In this document: one piece after another, positions 62,524-64,000 of the stretch
How positions within the stretch are numbered: the first letter of the stretch is position 1
How the letters are laid out: every line of letters starts with the position of its first letter
Assembly: GCF_032062105.1 (NCBI RefSeq)
Contig: NW_026918302.1
Span: 62,001 to 126,000 of the forward strand
Direction: 5' to 3'
Source of the DNA: Saccostrea cucullata
Lineage: Eukaryota
Length of the DNA: 64,000 bases
Notes under the pieces: model-generated
Told to the model about the DNA's origin: nothing
Database searches by the model: none
The model's input: the letters and a program-made list of their open reading frames with translations, nothing else
Program-made: the position numbers and the translations under genes

Positions 62524-64000
62524 CTGTATATAGTAAAGGACTGTTCACTGTAAACAAAAACTGGTTTAAAAACTAGTTTAAGTCACAAAGAAGACTAGAA
62601 AAATTTACTGTCTATACAATCACTACCGTTAAAGTAGTTTTAGGTATTGGGTATATATGTTAGTAAATCTAGAATTGATAAGTATATTTCACTAGGTATC
62701 TATATCTAAGTATGTATACGACCCCACCCTTCAACTCACTATCTTAGCCAGTAAACTGAAAGATTACTATCACGACAACTGCTTTACGAAGATTTTCTTC
62801 GAGTGTTGAATTACTTTTTTTCAACAAAGATATTGCAAAATGTATTTTAATGAAAAATATCTAACATATTTATAGCTTTCATTTTCTATTATTTCTTTTA
62901 TCATTTACAGTCCTAAACATTTAAAATTCATAATATATCGCATTCAGATTTTAAATTGCCATTCCATTTCTTTAGTTTCTTTTTATCATGTTAAGTTACG
63001 CTATTTTGAGAGAATAGACTACGATTTACTACTTGGTCGTAATTAATTAGCGATAATATTTTTTTTGTTCAATTACGAAAGCCCAGAAGGCTCATTCGAG
63101 ATTCGAGGTTCGAAATACGAAATTCGAGTTTCGAGATCCAGATTAACCAATCAAAGGCGGGTTCAACATTTAATTACTCCCCTTTATTATGATTTTAATA
63201 TCAAGAAATCGTTTAATATATTAATAACAAATGAGTCATTTGATTTTAATTACAATGCAAGAAAGAGTGTTATATATATTTAAAGGAAATTTAAATAATC
63301 ATTGGATTTTTGATCAGCAAGATATACTTCAATTTATATTATGGCGTATCAGGAGTATATATATTTTTGTATTGTCTACTTTGTTGACGACATAAAAATA
63401 AAGTTATAAGTAAGTGTCAAGTGTCTAAAATTTAACAATAACCCCACCCCTACCAACCCCATCTGCCTATTTTCCAAACACTGAAAATGTTACTTTGTAA
63501 AACTTGGAAGGCGACGTAGTATTGAAAAACAAAAATCGCGTTCGTTTTCCTGATAGAGGAAATACATAAAAATTAAGTTTTTATCTTCATCTAAGGCTTT
63601 GATTTCTTGAATTAATTAAAAATTATTTATATACAACACAGATTTGCAATATGAATTAAAATAAATTTGGAATTTATTTTATCTTATATCAATAGTAGAT
63701 GAGTTTAAATTAGATGCAGAACTATAGCGTTATGCTTTTAAATTTTAGTCTCTGACCATACCGTTATGACCAAAGACTGAAATATACTTTAACCTTGTAA
63801 CGCTACAGTTCGATTCAGCAGTCAAGTCTCACTGCACAAATGTACCCTTTATAAATGTAATGAAATATATACCCTTCAATTACTGTGCAGTCTGATTCAT
63901 AATACTAGTATTTCATATTTAATTATAATCAAATACAATATTTTCCCTAAGCAATGATCTGATTAAAAAAACATAGTCGGCCTACTTGTTCTGCAAGTTC

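Noticed and set aside
2079-63283. The many 60-125 aa ORFs in introns, repeats and antisense to exons
   Set aside because: No recognisable domains; they overlap MITEs, HINEs or real exons in other frames.

Overview
Eukaryotic, AT-rich, intron-containing genomic DNA, most likely a bivalve (oyster-type C1qDC gene, ~166-bp satellite-bearing Helentron-type repeats and a KolobokP-like element). Genes reconstructed by hand from GT-AG junctions: a two-exon C1q-domain gene with a premature stop (669-1805, -); a 9-exon mitochondrial rhomboid protease PARL (2926-7957, -) head-to-head with a 23-exon Rubicon/RUBCN gene (8225-25056, +); a frameshifted GON-domain gene (49336-50622, -); PAN/apple-domain exons (56183-56590, -); and the 3' part of a gene in which a FAMeT-like (Methyltransf_FA) exon is inserted inside a C-type lectin domain (60077-62523, -). 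The rest is dense in non-autonomous DNA transposons, including a three-element nest at 29.7-34.7 kb and a 2.5-kb purine tract. The most unusual object is a 2.19-kb BEL/Pao Gag-only element in Rubicon intron 14 (19304-21494). It has LTR hallmarks (TG...CA repeat, AATAAA, tRNA-His PBS, 5-bp TSD), but its second LTR is exactly inverted and pol is replaced by a coiled-coil tail. A second recurring oddity is three independent minisatellites, each made of an exon 3' end plus its 5' splice site. All family assignments come from motif recognition, not database searches.
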